In this document: one piece after another, positions 1 through 9,606 of the stretch
How the letters are laid out: every line of letters begins with the position of its first letter
How positions within the stretch are numbered: position 1 is the stretch's first letter
Assembly (NCBI RefSeq): GCF_035626975.1
Contig: NZ_DASPMQ010000001.1
Coordinates: forward strand, 4,574 to 68,573
Length of the DNA stretch: 64,000 nt
Reading direction: 5' to 3'
Origin: Brevundimonas sp.
Lineage (GTDB): Bacteria > Pseudomonadota > Alphaproteobacteria > Caulobacterales > Caulobacteraceae
The notes under the pieces: generated by a model
The model's database searches: none
Told to the model about the DNA's origin: nothing
What the model saw: only the letters and a program-made list of their open reading frames with translations
Translations under genes and position numbers: made by a program

Positions 1-552
1 GCGGGGCTGACGCTCGCCTCGGGCGCCGCGGCGCAGAGCAAGCCGCCGCAACCGCCGGCGGCGGCGGTCGAAGGGCAACCGTCGGCGCGCCAGCTGGAGC
101 TGACCCGGCGGTATGTCGACCTGATGATGTCCGACCAGTTCGAAACCATGATCCGCCAGATGATCGACATGGAGGCGTCCATGGATCCCGAGGCCCGTGG
201 CATGCCCGAGGAGGATCGGCGATTCATGACCGACCTGGCGTCGGAGCTCGTCACCGACATGATCCCGCAGATGCTGGACGAAATGGTGCCGGTCTACGCC
301 CGCACCTTCTCCGAGGCCGAGCTGGAGGCGCTGATCGCCTTCTACGACAGCGAGATGGGACGCTCGATCATCAACAAGACCTATGCCTCCATGCCCGACG
401 CCACGGCGGCGGCGATGACGGTGATGCCGCAGATGCTGGAGAAGATGGCGTCGCGCATGTGCCAGCATTACGGATGCACCGCCGACGAGTTGCGGAATAT
501 GCGCGAGGAGATGCAGGGCGCGTTCGCGGAACCGACCGCCCGCTCCAAGTAG
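1..552 (+). CDS. DUF2059 domain-containing protein (5' end lies outside the window)
   Basis: Frame 1 is open from base 1 (signal-peptide-like AGLTLASGAAAQ) through ORF 124..552; the motif YARTFSEAELEALIAFYDSEMGR is typical of DUF2059. Confidence 0.8.
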   Translation, partial: AGLTLASGAAAQSKPPQPPAAAVEGQPSARQLELTRRYVDLMMSDQFETMIRQMIDMEASMDPEARGMPEEDRRFMTDLASELVTDMIPQMLDEMVPVYARTFSEAELEALIAFYDSEMGRSIINKTYASMPDATAAAMTVMPQMLEKMASRMCQHYGCTADELRNMREEMQGAFAEPTARSK

Positions 553-562
553 GGGCTGGCGC

Positions 563-1033
563 TCAGGCCCGTTCGGCCGCGGCCATAAAGCAGCCCCGCC
601 GGGCCGTGTGCAGATGGATGCGCGACACGACGGGATCGGCGAACCACGCCTCCAGCCGCCCGGCCAGATCGCGCCCTTCGACGACGTCGGCGTCGGTCAT
701 CATCCAGCCGGCGTCATAGACCCGCGCCGACAGCAGCCGTCGTCCCAGCATGTCCGGAACCTCGCCGACGACGGGCGTCGTCTCTGCGGCGGCCTCCCGC
801 ACGAAGATGGGCCCTTCCGCGCGGTAGGGGCTTCGCGGGTCGTCGAGGTGGCGGTGGTTGAGCAGGATCAGCCGTTCGCCGGGCTCCGCGTCAGCCAGGC
901 TGACCCGGCATGGCGCGGCGTTCGGGGCGTCGGCGATCATGCGGCGCGCGCCCATGGCGGTGAGGGCCGCGTCGTCCATGTCGAACAGCGGCCGGAACGG
1001 CGCCAGGGTCAGGCCGTGGATGCGAAAGCTCAT
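563..1033 (-). CDS. DUF1203 domain-containing protein
   Basis: Motifs PCRVSLADAEPGERLILLNH, SPYRAEGPIFV and IHLHTARRGCF. Confidence 0.8.
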   Translation of the reverse strand: MSFRIHGLTLAPFRPLFDMDDAALTAMGARRMIADAPNAAPCRVSLADAEPGERLILLNHRHLDDPRSPYRAEGPIFVREAAAETTPVVGEVPDMLGRRLLSARVYDAGWMMTDADVVEGRDLAGRLEAWFADPVVSRIHLHTARRGCFMAAAERA

Positions 1034-1131
1034 GCGATGTCTCCTTCGCCGTCGATATGGCCGGCGCCGCGCCGGAGGTCTGGCGGCTTTCGGCCGTTGC
1101 GTCGAAGGCCCGGCGTCCCCACAACGGGGGC

Positions 1132-2934
1132 ATGAACGCGCCCTTCAAGACCCCCGCCGATCCCGCCGAAGCTCCCGTCTGGGACCTGACCGACCTGTAC
1201 GCCTCGCGGGAGGACACTCGCATCGAGGCCGATCTCGACCGCGCCCGGGCGCTGGTCGGCGAGCTCAACGCCCTGCAGGGCCGGCTGGTCGGAGCGCGGG
1301 CGGAGGCCGCTCTGCTCGGCGAGCGGCTGGACCGGGCGGTGACGCTGTACGAACGGGCCTCGGACCTGCTCGGCGGCCTGGGCGCCTACGCCTTCCTCGC
1401 GGCCTCGACCGACCGCAGCGACGCGGCGGCGCAGGGGTTCGAGGCGACGGTGCGCGAGAAGATCACCGCCATCGCCACGCCGACGGTCTGGGTCACGCTG
1501 GAGATCAACCAGCTGGAAGAGGCGGAGATCGAGGCGGCGTTGTCGGCCTGGCCGGCGGCGGCGCGCTGGCGGCCATGGCTGCGGCGGGTGCGGGCGATGA
1601 AGCCGCACGAGCTGTCGCACGAGCTGGAGACCTTCCTGGCCGAGCGCGGGCCGATCAACGCCCAGTGGCCGCGCCTGTTCGACGAGACGCTGGGGGCGAT
1701 GAAGGTGAAGGCCGGCAAGGACGACCTGACCCTGTCCGAGGCGCTGAACCGGTTGTCCGATCCGAAGGCCGCGCGGCGCAAGGCGGCCGCCGAGGGGTTG
1801 AACGAGGCGCTGGGCGCGCGGACGAAGACGATGGCGCTGGTGCTCAACACCGTCGCCGCCGACAAGGCTCTGGAGGACAGATGGCGCGGCTTCAGGCGGC
1901 CGGCCGACAGCCGCCACCTGGCCAATGAGGTGGACGGCGACGCGGTGGACGCCATGGCCGAGGCGGTCGCGGCGGCCTATCCGCGCCTGTCGCACCGCTA
2001 TTACGCCCTGAAGGCCCGGGCCATGGGCAAGGCGAAACTGGATCAGTGGGACCGCAACGCGCCGATCGAGACCAGCGCGCCGCGCGGCTACGACTGGGCG
2101 CAAGGGCGCGAACTGGTGCTGGAGAGCTTCGGCGATCTGGGCGGCGAGTTCGCCGACCGGGCGCGGGGCTTCTTCGAGCGGCCGTGGATCGACGGCAGGG
2201 CGCGGCCGGGCAAACAGTCCGGCGCCTACGCCCACCCGGTGACCTCGGACCGCCATCCCTATGTGTTCCTGAACTGGATGGGCGAGCGGCGCGACGTGCT
2301 GACCCTGGCGCACGAGCTGGGCCACGGGGTGCACCAGACGCTGGCGGCGGGGCAGGGGAGCCTGCTGGCCGACACGCCGCTGACCCTGGCCGAGACGGCG
2401 TCGATCTTCGCCGAGGGCCTGACCTTCGACCGGCTGCTGAAGACCGCGCCGAAGGCCGAGCAGCGGGGCCTGCTGGCAGGGCGGATCGAGGACGGACTGA
2501 ACACCGTCATCCGCCAGATCGCCTTCCACCGCTTCGAGACGCGGTTCCACGACGAACGGGCCGGGGGCGAGGTTCCGGTCGAGCGCATCGGCGAGCTGTG
2601 GCTCGAGGAGCTGGGCGGCTCGCTGGGGCCGGCGGTGACGCTGAATCCCGGCTATGAGCACTGGTGGTCGTACGTCAGTCACTTCGTGCACTCGCCCTTC
2701 TACGTCTACGCCTACGCCTTCGGGGATCTGCTGGTGGCGGCGCTCATGGAGACGCGCGCGAAGGATCCGGAGGGCTTCACGCCGCTGTATCGCGAGCTGC
2801 TCGCGGGCGGGGGCTCCCGGGGCTATGTCGAGGCGCTGGCGCCGTTCGGCCTGAACCCGCGCGACCCGGCCTTCTGGACCATCGGCACGAAGCGGCTGGA
2901 GGGGCTGATCGACCGGTTCGAGGCGCTGGTGTGA
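1132..2934 (+). CDS. pepF: M3 family oligoendopeptidase F
   Basis: WDLTDLY N-terminus, HELGH zinc motif, LAETASIFAE, HSPFYVYAYAFG; ATG at 1132 chosen within ORF 1057..2934. Confidence 0.9.
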   Translation: MNAPFKTPADPAEAPVWDLTDLYASREDTRIEADLDRARALVGELNALQGRLVGARAEAALLGERLDRAVTLYERASDLLGGLGAYAFLAASTDRSDAAAQGFEATVREKITAIATPTVWVTLEINQLEEAEIEAALSAWPAAARWRPWLRRVRAMKPHELSHELETFLAERGPINAQWPRLFDETLGAMKVKAGKDDLTLSEALNRLSDPKAARRKAAAEGLNEALGARTKTMALVLNTVAADKALEDRWRGFRRPADSRHLANEVDGDAVDAMAEAVAAAYPRLSHRYYALKARAMGKAKLDQWDRNAPIETSAPRGYDWAQGRELVLESFGDLGGEFADRARGFFERPWIDGRARPGKQSGAYAHPVTSDRHPYVFLNWMGERRDVLTLAHELGHGVHQTLAAGQGSLLADTPLTLAETASIFAEGLTFDRLLKTAPKAEQRGLLAGRIEDGLNTVIRQIAFHRFETRFHDERAGGEVPVERIGELWLEELGGSLGPAVTLNPGYEHWWSYVSHFVHSPFYVYAYAFGDLLVAALMETRAKDPEGFTPLYRELLAGGGSRGYVEALAPFGLNPRDPAFWTIGTKRLEGLIDRFEALV

Positions 2935-2970
2935 GTTGACGGAGCGGTGGCGGCGGGGGAGCGTCCGGCC

Positions 2971-4311
2971 ATGCGCATTCTGATCCTCGCGGCCGTCGCC
3001 GTTCTCGCCGGGCCCTCGTTCGCCCAGGCGCCGCCCGCGGAGCCTACGCCGGCGACCCGCGCGATGGCGGCGGGCTACAAGGCGCTGATGGTCTGCGGGG
3101 CGCTGAAGAACGCCGAGGCCGCGGGCGGATCACGGACGGTCGAAAGCGTCGAGGCCAATGAGCTGGTCGGAATCTATCCGGAGCTGGATGCGCTGGTGCG
3201 GGAGATGCCTGCGGAGGTGGGCAGCCACAGCGTCTCCGTCCGGTGGGACGAGACCCTGCCGCCACGCACGGCGCTGTTCGAGCGTGGCCACGGCTGCAGC
3301 ATCATGCCAGTGGGCTGGACCGGACGCGGGCCCGAGCGGGCGCATGGTCGCCCTCCCGCTCGACCCCGACCGCTGATCGAAGCGGCTCCCCGGGGCGATG
3401 CAGCCGCTCTTGGGGCGGTCGTGGCGCGCGCGCTCGACGAGGGCTATGGCAGCGGGACGAACACCACGGGCGTCGTGATCCTTCAGGACGGCCGCCTCGT
3501 CGCGGAACACTATGCTCCCGACTTTGGCCCCGATGTGCCTCAGCGGACATGGTCGGTGGCCAAAAGCTTGGCGGGGACGGTCATCGGGGCCGCGGTCCAG
3601 CGCGGCGAGGTCGACGTCAACGCGCCCGCCGCTATCGCCGACTGGAGCCGGGAGCGTGATCCGCGAGGGGCGATCACGCTCGACAACCTGATGCGGATGG
3701 CCTCGGGCCTGACCAGCGACTTCGCCGGCAACCGGACCGATGCGTTGTATTTTGGCGGGGTCGGAGTGGACGAGCAGGCCACCACCTGGCCGCTGATCGC
3801 GGCTCCGGGATCGCGCTTCCGCTACGCCAACAACGACATCCTGCTGGCCATCCTGGGCATCGCCCCGACGTTCGGGGAGCATCCGCCGGCCGAACTGTTC
3901 CGGACGCTGGGCATGCTCGACACGGTCGCGGAGACGGACTGGCGCGGGAACTATGTGCTGTCGAGCCAGGTGTGGTCGACCGCCCGCGACCTGGCCCGCT
4001 TCGGACAGCTGTATGTCGATGATGGCGTGGTGGATGGCGAGCGGATCCTGCCCGAGGACTGGCGGGACTACGTCTCGCGCCCGTCCGGACCGCAGCCGAA
4101 CGGCGAACAGGGTTATGGCGCGACTTTCTGGCTGTTCGACAAGTCCGAAGGCATCCCGGCGGATGCGATCTCGGCCAACGGCAACCGCGGTCAGTACGTG
4201 GTCATCGTGCCCAGTCGGAACATCGTCATCGTGCGGCGGGGCGAGGACCCCGCGGGAAAGCGGTTCGACTTCATCGCCTTCACCCGCGATGTGCTGGCGG
4301 CGCTCGACTGA
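2971..4311 (+). CDS. Exported serine hydrolase, beta-lactamase/class C-like family
   Basis: Signal peptide MRILILAAVAVLA, SxxK (WSVAKS), YxN (YAN), and C-terminal GNRGQYVVIVPS. Confidence 0.85.
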   Translation: MRILILAAVAVLAGPSFAQAPPAEPTPATRAMAAGYKALMVCGALKNAEAAGGSRTVESVEANELVGIYPELDALVREMPAEVGSHSVSVRWDETLPPRTALFERGHGCSIMPVGWTGRGPERAHGRPPARPRPLIEAAPRGDAAALGAVVARALDEGYGSGTNTTGVVILQDGRLVAEHYAPDFGPDVPQRTWSVAKSLAGTVIGAAVQRGEVDVNAPAAIADWSRERDPRGAITLDNLMRMASGLTSDFAGNRTDALYFGGVGVDEQATTWPLIAAPGSRFRYANNDILLAILGIAPTFGEHPPAELFRTLGMLDTVAETDWRGNYVLSSQVWSTARDLARFGQLYVDDGVVDGERILPEDWRDYVSRPSGPQPNGEQGYGATFWLFDKSEGIPADAISANGNRGQYVVIVPSRNIVIVRRGEDPAGKRFDFIAFTRDVLAALD

Positions 4312-4403
4312 GCCGCCGGCGCGAATTGTCGCCGCCCGCTTGAGCGCGCGGGCCGCGCCGCTATAAGGGCGCCAACGCCTCTTGCAGATTCCCGGACCCG
4401 ATC

Positions 4404-4661
4404 ATGGCCGACCCGCACCACGCCTCCGACGCCGAGCATGACGACTATGTTCGCGGCTCACAGAAGATCGACGAGCAGGCGGCGACGTTCACGCTGTTCA
4501 TCAACCTGGCCAAGTGGGGCTCGCTGCTGATCGCGGCGACGCTGACCTTCCTGGTGCTGTGGTTCCAGCCGGGCGGCAGCCTCATCGGCGGCGCGGCCGC
4601 GGCGGCGGTGCTGCTGGTCGCCGGCTTCCTGTATCTGAAGTCGGGCAAGAAGTCTCACTGA
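4404..4661 (+). CDS. aa3-type cytochrome c oxidase subunit IV-like small membrane protein
   Basis: Motif GSQKIDEQAATFTLFINLAKWG followed by hydrophobic helices. Confidence 0.7.
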   Translation: MADPHHASDAEHDDYVRGSQKIDEQAATFTLFINLAKWGSLLIAATLTFLVLWFQPGGSLIGGAAAAAVLLVAGFLYLKSGKKSH

Positions 4662-4668
4662 CGTCTGG

Positions 4669-4803
4669 CCGCTCATCCCGGCGAAAGCCGGGACCCAGTT
4701 CTGTCCAGCTTGACGCCGGCGCATCAGGACTGGTGTTGAGTCCGTCCACGCCCACCGCCCATCACCCAAAGAACTGGGTCCCGGCTTTCGCCGGGATGAG
4801 CGG
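4669..4803. repeat. REP/RPE-like inverted-repeat element with perfect 34-bp arms
   Basis: CCGCTCATCCCGGCGAAAGCCGGGACCCAGTTCT (4669-4702) and its exact reverse complement (4770-4803); each arm has an internal CCCGGC-GAAA-GCCGGG hairpin. Confidence 0.9.
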
Positions 4804-4891
4804 GGTATTGAAAGCCCGGCCCTCAGCCGCTTTGACGCGCCGTCCCCGATCAGCCTAACGTCCCGCGTCCAGTTCTGACGGAGGGATTCGC

Positions 4892-6025
4892 TTGGCTGTC
4901 GCCATCGCCGTGACCCGCGAACGCCGAGATGGCGAGACGCGCTGCGCCGTCACCCCGGAAACGGTGAAGAAGCTTATCGCGCTCGGCGCGGCCGTGACCG
5001 TCGAGGCCGGAACCGGCGCGGGCTCGTCCATTCCCGACGCGGATTATGCCGCCGCGGGCGCGGCGGTGAAGCCGGACATCAAGGCCGTGCTGGCCGGGGC
5101 GGACATCCTGCTCAAGGTGCGCGGGCCGACGGCGCAGGAGAGCAGCGCGCTGAAGCCCGGCGCGGTGGTCGTGGCCCTGCTCGACGCGTATCGCGACAAG
5201 GAGACGGTGACGGCGCTGGCCGGCGCCGGCGTCACCGCCTTCGCCATGGAATTCGTGCCCCGCATCAGCCGGGCGCAGGTGATGGACGCCCTGTCCTCGC
5301 AGGCCAATCTGGCGGGTTACCGGGCGGTGATCGAGGCGGCCTACGCCTTCGGCAAGGGCTTTCCGATGATGATGACGGCGGCGGGCACGGTCGCCCCGGC
5401 CAAGGTCTTCGTCATGGGCGCGGGCGTGGCCGGGCTGCAGGCCGTGGCCACGGCGCGGCGGCTGGGGGCGGTGGTCACCGCCACCGACGTGCGCCCGGCC
5501 TCCAAGGAACAGGTCGAGAGCCTCGGGGCCAAGTTCGTCGCCGTCGAGGACGAGGAGTTCAAGGCCGCCGAAACCGCCGCCGGCTACGCCAAACCGATGT
5601 CGGCCGAGTATCAGGCCAAACAGGCCGAACTGACCGCCTCGCACATTGTCAAGCAGGACATCGTCATCACCACCGCCTTGATCCCCGGCCGCGCCGCGCC
5701 GCGGCTGATCACGGCGGCGCATGTGGCCTCGATGAAGCCGGGCAGCGTGCTGGTCGACCTCGCCATCGACAACGGCGGCAATGTCGAGGGGGCAAGGGCG
5801 GGCGAGGTGGTGACCACGGCCAACGGCGTGCAGATCGTCGGCTGGACCAATATGGCGGGCCGGATCGCGGCGGACGCCTCGGCGCTGTACGCGCGGAACC
5901 TCAGCGCCTTCGTCGGGCTGATGGTCAAGGACGGCGCGCTGGCGGTCGATCTGGAGGACGAGATCCTCAAGGCGGCGGCGGTGACCCACGGCGGGGCCGT
6001 GGTGCATGAGGGGGTGAGGGGATGA
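4892..6025 (+). CDS. pntA: NAD(P) transhydrogenase subunit alpha, part 1 (domain I)
   Basis: ETRCAVTPETVKKL, RISRAQVMDALSSQANLAGY, GAGVAGL Rossmann motif; TTG start after GGAGG. Confidence 0.95.
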   Translation: MAVAIAVTRERRDGETRCAVTPETVKKLIALGAAVTVEAGTGAGSSIPDADYAAAGAAVKPDIKAVLAGADILLKVRGPTAQESSALKPGAVVVALLDAYRDKETVTALAGAGVTAFAMEFVPRISRAQVMDALSSQANLAGYRAVIEAAYAFGKGFPMMMTAAGTVAPAKVFVMGAGVAGLQAVATARRLGAVVTATDVRPASKEQVESLGAKFVAVEDEEFKAAETAAGYAKPMSAEYQAKQAELTASHIVKQDIVITTALIPGRAAPRLITAAHVASMKPGSVLVDLAIDNGGNVEGARAGEVVTTANGVQIVGWTNMAGRIAADASALYARNLSAFVGLMVKDGALAVDLEDEILKAAAVTHGGAVVHEGVRG

Positions 6026-6252
6026 TGCGACGCTTTTTGAAGGGTTTGGGACTGTTCCTTGTCATTGCCGCTCCAGCTTGGGGCGTGGTCGCGATGGTGA
6101 CCGTGTTTGTCGCCGGCGGAGCGCCGGCGTCGGCGGCGGCCTTCGGCGCGATCCTGGACCGGATGTTCGACGGTATCATCCCCACTATCGTCGCGGGTGG
6201 CGGCCTCTGGCTTCTGGCCTCTATCGACGAACGGCTGGAGCGGAAGGTCTAG
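6022..6252 (+). CDS. Small hypothetical membrane protein inserted in the pnt operon
   Basis: Two hydrophobic segments; ATGA overlap with the pntA stop and 2 nt before the next start. Confidence 0.55.
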   Translation: MMRRFLKGLGLFLVIAAPAWGVVAMVTVFVAGGAPASAAAFGAILDRMFDGIIPTIVAGGGLWLLASIDERLERKV

Positions 6253-6254
6253 GC

Positions 6255-6596
6255 ATGGAACACGTCGACCCCACCGTCTTTCGCCTCGCCATCTTCGTGC
6301 TGGCGATCTTCGTCGGCTACTACGTCGTCTGGTCGGTGACGCCGGCGCTGCACACGCCGCTGATGGCCGTGACCAACGCCATCTCGTCGGTGATCGTGGT
6401 CGGCGGGCTGATCGCGGCGGCCGCCCTGTCCGCCGACAGCGGCGACAGCTGGATCGCCAAGGGCGCCGGCGTTGCGGCCGTGACCCTGGCCAGCGTCAAC
6501 ATTTTCGGCGGCTTCATGGTCACCCGGCGCATGCTGGCCATGTACCGCAAGAAGGAGCGACCGCCTGCGCCGGCGAAGGCCGCAGAGGCCGGATGA
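6255..6596 (+). CDS. pntA: NAD(P) transhydrogenase subunit alpha, part 2 (membrane)
   Basis: VTPALHTPLMAVTNAISS and NIFGGFMVTRRML signature motifs. Confidence 0.95.
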   Translation: MEHVDPTVFRLAIFVLAIFVGYYVVWSVTPALHTPLMAVTNAISSVIVVGGLIAAAALSADSGDSWIAKGAGVAAVTLASVNIFGGFMVTRRMLAMYRKKERPPAPAKAAEAG

Positions 6597-6880
6597 CCTT
6601 CGACATCCAGCAGTTCGCGGTGAGCGCGTCCTGGATCGCCACGGCGATCGGCGGGGGCCTGTGGCTGTGGAGCTGGCTCGGCGAGAAGAACGCTATCCGC
6701 AAGCTGCGCTTTCTCGACTGCGGCGTCGTGCTGCTGTTTTCGTCGGTCCTGCTGCGCATCGTGGCGCAGGAAAAACAGATGGGCATCTGGGACTGGGCCG
6801 TCGTCTTCGTCGGCCCGCTGTTCATCGCCGCCGCCCTGTGGCGGCTGGCGCGCACGGCCTGCCCGCCGCCGGGGAAATAG
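6593..6880 (+). CDS. Hypothetical membrane protein (three predicted helices) in the pnt operon
   Basis: MTFDIQQFAVSASW...; ATGA overlap with the upstream stop; high-GC3 codon usage. Confidence 0.7.
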   Translation: MTFDIQQFAVSASWIATAIGGGLWLWSWLGEKNAIRKLRFLDCGVVLLFSSVLLRIVAQEKQMGIWDWAVVFVGPLFIAAALWRLARTACPPPGK

Positions 6881-6882
6881 AG

Positions 6883-7374
6883 ATGGCCATGATGATCCTC
6901 ATCATCGCCGTGCCCCTCCTCGCCGGCTTGCTCGCGGCGCTTGCGATGGCGGGCATGGACAGCCGGCGGGCGGGGAAAGACGCGCGTCCGCTGATTATCG
7001 CCGGCCGGGTCGTGGCCGCTCTCGTCATGATCGGAGTCGTCGCTATCCTCTGGGTGGTGAGAGGCAGCCTGGAAGAGCTTGAGGGCGGACTCCTGCTGAT
7101 TTCGATCATCCTGTTGCTTGTGATGATGGTGTCCGCCGCCTGGCGGCCGGCGGTGCAGGCGCCGCTGGGCGGGGCGATGATGGCGACCGTCGCCGTCACC
7201 TTCATATTGAGCCGCTACAACGATGGCGGCTGGGCCGGACTGCTCCGCGCAGGCCTCATATTCGGATCGGTCGCCCTCGCCGCCTTCGTGCTGGTCGTGA
7301 TCGCCGGCCGGATCGTCCGGGCCCGGGAACGCCGGAAGACGCCGACCTCGATTTCCGCCGGAGAGATTTCATGA
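6883..7374 (+). CDS. Hypothetical multi-pass membrane protein in the pnt operon
   Basis: MAMMILIIAVPLL..., about five hydrophobic segments; its stop overlaps the pntB start (ATGA). Confidence 0.6.
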   Translation: MAMMILIIAVPLLAGLLAALAMAGMDSRRAGKDARPLIIAGRVVAALVMIGVVAILWVVRGSLEELEGGLLLISIILLLVMMVSAAWRPAVQAPLGGAMMATVAVTFILSRYNDGGWAGLLRAGLIFGSVALAAFVLVVIAGRIVRARERRKTPTSISAGEIS

Positions 7375-8801
7375 ACGCATCGATCGCGGCCCTGGCCTAT
7401 CTGGTGTCCGGCGTCCTGTTCGTCCTCAGCCTGAGGGGGCTGTCGAGCCCGGAGACGAGCCGGCGCGGCAATACACTGGGCATGGTCGGCATGGCGCTGG
7501 CCGTGGGCGTGACGCTGGCGACCCTGTGGTCGAGCGGGACGCTGGACCCGCTGACGCTGGCCCTGATCGGCGGCGGCGTGGTGATCGGCGGCGGGGCGGG
7601 GGCGCTGATCGCCGCGCGGGTGCAGATGACCCAGATGCCCCAGCTGGTCGCCGCCTTCCACTCGCTGGTCGGCATGGCCGCCTGTCTGGTGGCCGTGGGC
7701 GCCGTCTATGCGCCGGACAGCTTCGGCATCGCCACGGTCGCCAGTTCGGGCGCCGTCGGCATCAAGACCCTGTCGATCATCGAGCTGAGCCTCGGCGTGG
7801 CCATCGGGGCGGTGACCTTCACCGGCTCGGTGATCGCCTTCGCCAAGCTGAACGGCAATATGAGCGGGGCGCCGATCCTGCTGCCGGCGCGGCACCTGAT
7901 CAACATCGCCCTGGCCCTCGGACTGGTGCTGCTGATCGGGGTCATGATCGGTTCGGGCGGGACCGCGACCTGGGCCTTCTGGGGCGTGTTCCTGATCGCC
8001 CTGATCCTCGGCGCCACCCTGATCATCCCCATCGGCGGGGCGGACATGCCGGTGGTGGTGTCGATGCTCAACTCCTACTCGGGCTGGGCCGCGGCGGCGC
8101 TGGGCTTCACGCTGGAGAACATCGCCCTGATCATCACCGGGGCGCTGGTCGGCAGCTCGGGCGCGATCCTGAGCTACATCATGTGCAAGGGCATGAACCG
8201 CAGCTTCATCTCGGTCATCCTGGGCGGCTTCGGCGGCGGGGACGCGGCGGCGGGCGCCGGCGGCGCGGTCGAGACGCGCCCGGTCAAACAGGGCTCGGCC
8301 GAGGACGCGGCCTTCATCATGAAGAACGCCTCCAAGGTCATCATCGTGCCCGGCTACGGCATGGCGGTGGCCCAGGCCCAGCACGCCCTGCGCGAGATGG
8401 CCGATGCGCTGAAGGAGGAGGGGGTCGAGGTGAAATACGCCATCCACCCCGTCGCCGGCCGCATGCCCGGCCACATGAACGTCCTGCTGGCCGAGGCCAA
8501 TGTGCCGTATGACGAGGTGTTCGAGCTGGAGGACATCAACAGCGAGTTCTCGAGCTGCGACGTGGCCTTCGTCATCGGCGCCAACGACGTCACCAACCCG
8601 GCCGCCAAGACCGACCCGCAGAGCCCGATCTACGGCATGCCGGTGCTGGACGTGGAGAAGGCGGGGACGGTGCTGTTCATCAAGCGCGGCATGGGCAGCG
8701 GCTATGCGGGCGTCGAGAACGAGCTGTTCTTCCGCGATAACACCATGATGCTGTTCGCCGATGCCAAGAAGATGGTCGAGGGGATCGTGAAGGCGCTGTG
8801 A
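7371..8801 (+). CDS. pntB: NAD(P) transhydrogenase subunit beta
   Basis: QMPQLVAAFHSLVG, GGADMPVVVSMLNSYSG, HPVAGRMPGHMNVLLAEA, GANDVTNP. Confidence 0.97.
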   Translation: MNASIAALAYLVSGVLFVLSLRGLSSPETSRRGNTLGMVGMALAVGVTLATLWSSGTLDPLTLALIGGGVVIGGGAGALIAARVQMTQMPQLVAAFHSLVGMAACLVAVGAVYAPDSFGIATVASSGAVGIKTLSIIELSLGVAIGAVTFTGSVIAFAKLNGNMSGAPILLPARHLINIALALGLVLLIGVMIGSGGTATWAFWGVFLIALILGATLIIPIGGADMPVVVSMLNSYSGWAAAALGFTLENIALIITGALVGSSGAILSYIMCKGMNRSFISVILGGFGGGDAAAGAGGAVETRPVKQGSAEDAAFIMKNASKVIIVPGYGMAVAQAQHALREMADALKEEGVEVKYAIHPVAGRMPGHMNVLLAEANVPYDEVFELEDINSEFSSCDVAFVIGANDVTNPAAKTDPQSPIYGMPVLDVEKAGTVLFIKRGMGSGYAGVENELFFRDNTMMLFADAKKMVEGIVKAL

Positions 8802-8820
8802 TCCGTCCCTTCGCCTCCCT

Positions 8821-9606
8821 ATGAAACCGTTCCCCTACGACGCCCTGAAAAAGCGCTTCGACGACGCCATGCTGGTGCTGTGCATCAGCGTCGGAATCCC
8901 GCTGGGGATTGTGGTCGGCGCTGACTGGCTTCGCCGTCGGCTTAATTTCACCGATGAGGCAGCGATTCTGTCGTGGCCGGTGACCAACGTCCCGCTAGCC
9001 CCGTGGGCGGCCGCCGGTTGTGTCCTCGGAGCAGTCCTCGCGATTGTCATCTGCGTCCGTGGTTCCCGGCCCTGGTGGCCCGTGGTGAGGTGGCCCTGGC
9101 TGTTCCTGGCTTTGGCGGCAGCGGCCGCAGTCGCCCTCTCATTGGGCAGCCACGTCAGGATATATCCCGACCGGATCGTCGCCTCCGGTGTGGATGGCGC
9201 GCCGGGCGAGGAAGTTCTGCGATTTGAGACCGCCACGCAGATCGAGGTGGGCTGCGCCCTGATCAACTACCGTCGGCGGTCAGATATCGCGACGTTGAGC
9301 TATGCCGTGTATTTTCCAAGGGGCGAGGTCGTGCATCTGCAGGACGCCCGTTCAGGCGGCCAGGCCGGCGCTCGTCGGTGGTTTGAGGCGGTGAACAAAC
9401 TGGACGAGCAATCTCTCGCGTCCATCCCTCATGGTCCGAGGGCCCCCGCCCATTCGATTTCGTGCGTCCGGGCGTTACGGGCCGAGTTGGGCGAGCCCGC
9501 GTTTAGCAGTGCGCGCCGCATGCTCGGCATCAGCGGCAGGGACCTCAGCCGATACTATGCCGAGCCGCACGAGGCCTTCAAACGGAAGTCAGACGATGGC
9601 CTATGA
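8821..9606 (+). CDS. Hypothetical membrane-anchored protein with atypical codon usage
   Basis: 261-aa ORF with three N-terminal hydrophobic segments and more A/T-ending codons than its neighbours. Confidence 0.6.
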   Translation: MKPFPYDALKKRFDDAMLVLCISVGIPLGIVVGADWLRRRLNFTDEAAILSWPVTNVPLAPWAAAGCVLGAVLAIVICVRGSRPWWPVVRWPWLFLALAAAAAVALSLGSHVRIYPDRIVASGVDGAPGEEVLRFETATQIEVGCALINYRRRSDIATLSYAVYFPRGEVVHLQDARSGGQAGARRWFEAVNKLDEQSLASIPHGPRAPAHSISCVRALRAELGEPAFSSARRMLGISGRDLSRYYAEPHEAFKRKSDDGL

